Source of the DNA: Vicugna vicugna
Lineage: Eukaryota
Length of the DNA stretch: 64,000 bases
Direction: 5' to 3'
NCBI GenBank assembly: GCA_013265495.1
Contig: MU058781.1
Span: 8,537,009 to 8,601,008 of the forward strand
Of this stretch, positions 62,321-64,000 are shown piece after piece (position 1 is the stretch's first letter; each line of letters opens with the position of its first letter). A program made the position numbers and the translations under genes. The notes below the pieces were generated by a model that saw only the letters and a list, made by a program, of their open reading frames with translations, ran no database searches and was not told the DNA's origin.

Positions 62321-62779
62321 GCTAGTCAGATTTTTATTACTTAAGATTTAAAAGTAATTCATCTTGTGTACAGAAAGAAATAGTTGGGAAAGTAAATGTG
62401 TTTCGATTAAAACAAATAATTTGTTTCTCTGTTCTCACATGCAACGTGGGTAGTGTGTCAGTGACCATCATTTTCTTGGTTCAGTGAGTATGAAAGCTTT
62501 CAGCAGTGGGGAGGAAAGTCCCAGAAAATGTGTATCAGGTTGCTGTTTTCATGATGGATCACAGCAGGAAAGTAGTTTATATTCTTCCCTTAAAATGAAA
62601 GAATACTATTAATTTTGAGCTCTATGGAAAAAGAAACTTAAAAAAAATTTTTAAAGGCTTTATTAGTTTTTTAGTTTAGTTAAATGCTTTTAGATTTCAA
62701 ATAATGCACATGGATCTAAATTAAATATTAATGTGCCCCTTCTCAGGGATTAAACTTAATAAAATTATACAATTAGTGT

Positions 62780-63470
62780 CCATGCAAGTTTAATAAAAGA
62801 AAAAGAATATACAAGGTGCATATTAAGGCTGTATTGAAGGACAGCTGACCTTCCTCTTACTTCCAAGGGCAAACACCTCAGTTTCATATGTATGCTTTGA
62901 GGATTTTTTTTTTTAACTTAGAACAGAATTCCCCCTTTTCTCTTTTTCCTTTTGAAAACACAAATGAAATACAAGGTCTACTCTTCAACTTGCTTTCACC
63001 TGATGATATAATAAAGATTACTATGAATTAGCACTTACAGATTTATCTTGCTTTTCAACAGCTAATGGTACTTTAGCTGCAATCTCATGATTTATTTAAC
63101 CAGTCTCCTTATAATGGATGTGTAGACTTTTCAGGTTTTTTGCTTTGTCAATAATCTTCCATGTGAATTTTAAAATGTGTGTGTATTTATGTATGTAAAT
63201 ATATATATTTATATATATACACACACACGTATATGTATATGTGTGTGTTTGTATATAAGTATGTGTTTGTGGTGCAGGTATGTGTAGGAGAAATTCTGAT
63301 GCACATTTAAATTTTTAATAGCTGTTACAGTGACAGTTTCATCAGTGTAGACTCCATCAGCAGAGTAGAGCTTGCCAACTTCCCCGTAGTATCATACTTT
63401 TTAATATTTTCCAATTTGATATGAGAACAAAGGATCTTAATTCATTTTGCATTAAAAAATCAATGAGATC
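62780..63470 (-). mobile_element. Old L1ME 3' fragment containing TA/CA/TG simple repeats (63180-63270)
   Basis: ATTTATTTAACCAGTCTCCTTATAATGGATG...CAGGTTTTTTGCT...TTTTCCAATTTGATA. Confidence 0.55.
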
Positions 63471-63489
63471 AATGTATATCAGGATAAAG

Positions 63490-64000
63490 TCCTAATAGAG
63501 CAAAGATCAAGATGTAAAGCCATATGTGTATTAAAATAAAACATGAGTGAATTTCTTCATAATTTGGGAGTAGAGGAAACTTTCTAATTAAGACTTAAAA
63601 TCCAGAAGCAATAAGAGAAAAGGTTGATAAATTTGATATCCTGGAAATAAAAAAAGTATGAAGAAACTATAAAAACGTAAAATGACAAACTGGGAGAAAA
63701 TATTGTAACTTCTGTTACAGACAAAAGATTAACATCCTCTGTGTGTGTGTGTGTGTGTGTGTTTATTTGCATATAATAGTGAATTACCGCTTAAGATGAA
63801 AATGACTCTTGTAGCCCCATAGAAAAATGGGCAAAAGCTATAAACAGACAGAAAATAGGAGGAAAAAAGATACAATCCTGCAACATGAAAATATGCTCAA
63901 CTCCTTCATAATAAGAGAAATGCACATTAAAAGTGCACTGGCATCCAGTTTCTCGCCACGTTGGCAGAAGTACAAAGGTTTGATAGCACGCTCTGTGGGC
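63490..64000 (+). mobile_element. Old L1M ORF2 C-terminal fragment (sense), with (TG)n at 63740-63762
   Basis: AAAATCCAGAAGCAATAAGAGAAAAGGTTGATAAATTTGA...ATGACAAACTGGGAGAAAATATT...AGAAAAATGGGCAAAAG...ATGCTCAAC...GAAATGCACATTAAAA. Confidence 0.75.

Noticed and set aside
62780..64000. Head-to-head L1 fragments as a single twin-primed inversion
   Set aside because: The two pieces appear to overlap in L1 consensus coordinates, which fits two independent old insertions better

Overview
Mammalian (eukaryotic) genomic DNA, AT-rich and CpG-depleted, most likely from a camelid (alpaca/llama/camel). The species guess rests on recognising tRNA-Ala-derived Vic-1-like SINEs and a characteristic young L1 3' end; it is not a database result. 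I found no intact protein-coding exon, and nearly all ORFs in the track are spurious or lie within repeats. The + strand looks T/G-rich and most L1 fragments are on the - strand, consistent with a large intron of an unidentified + strand gene (inference). Best-supported content: (1) a full-length, decayed processed pseudogene of prothymosin alpha (PTMA) at ~56.7-57.9 kb; (2) a near-identical 1,233-bp tandem duplication (51603-54069) whose breakpoint sits inside a tiny poly(A)-only insertion flanked by a target-site duplication (TSD), either a very recent CNV or an assembly artefact; (3) an ERV-L internal fragment (RNaseH/integrase/dUTPase); (4) a tail-less internal L1 ORF2 fragment with a 21-bp TSD; (5) several ultra-short L1 3'-end insertions, an inverted SINE pair, a MER41-like solo LTR and many old L1M/L2/MIR/MLT/MER3 relics. 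I see no support for a novel multi-gene biological system; the findings concern retrotransposition mechanics and candidate regulatory or splicing elements. Boundaries and subfamily names of old repeats are by-eye estimates.
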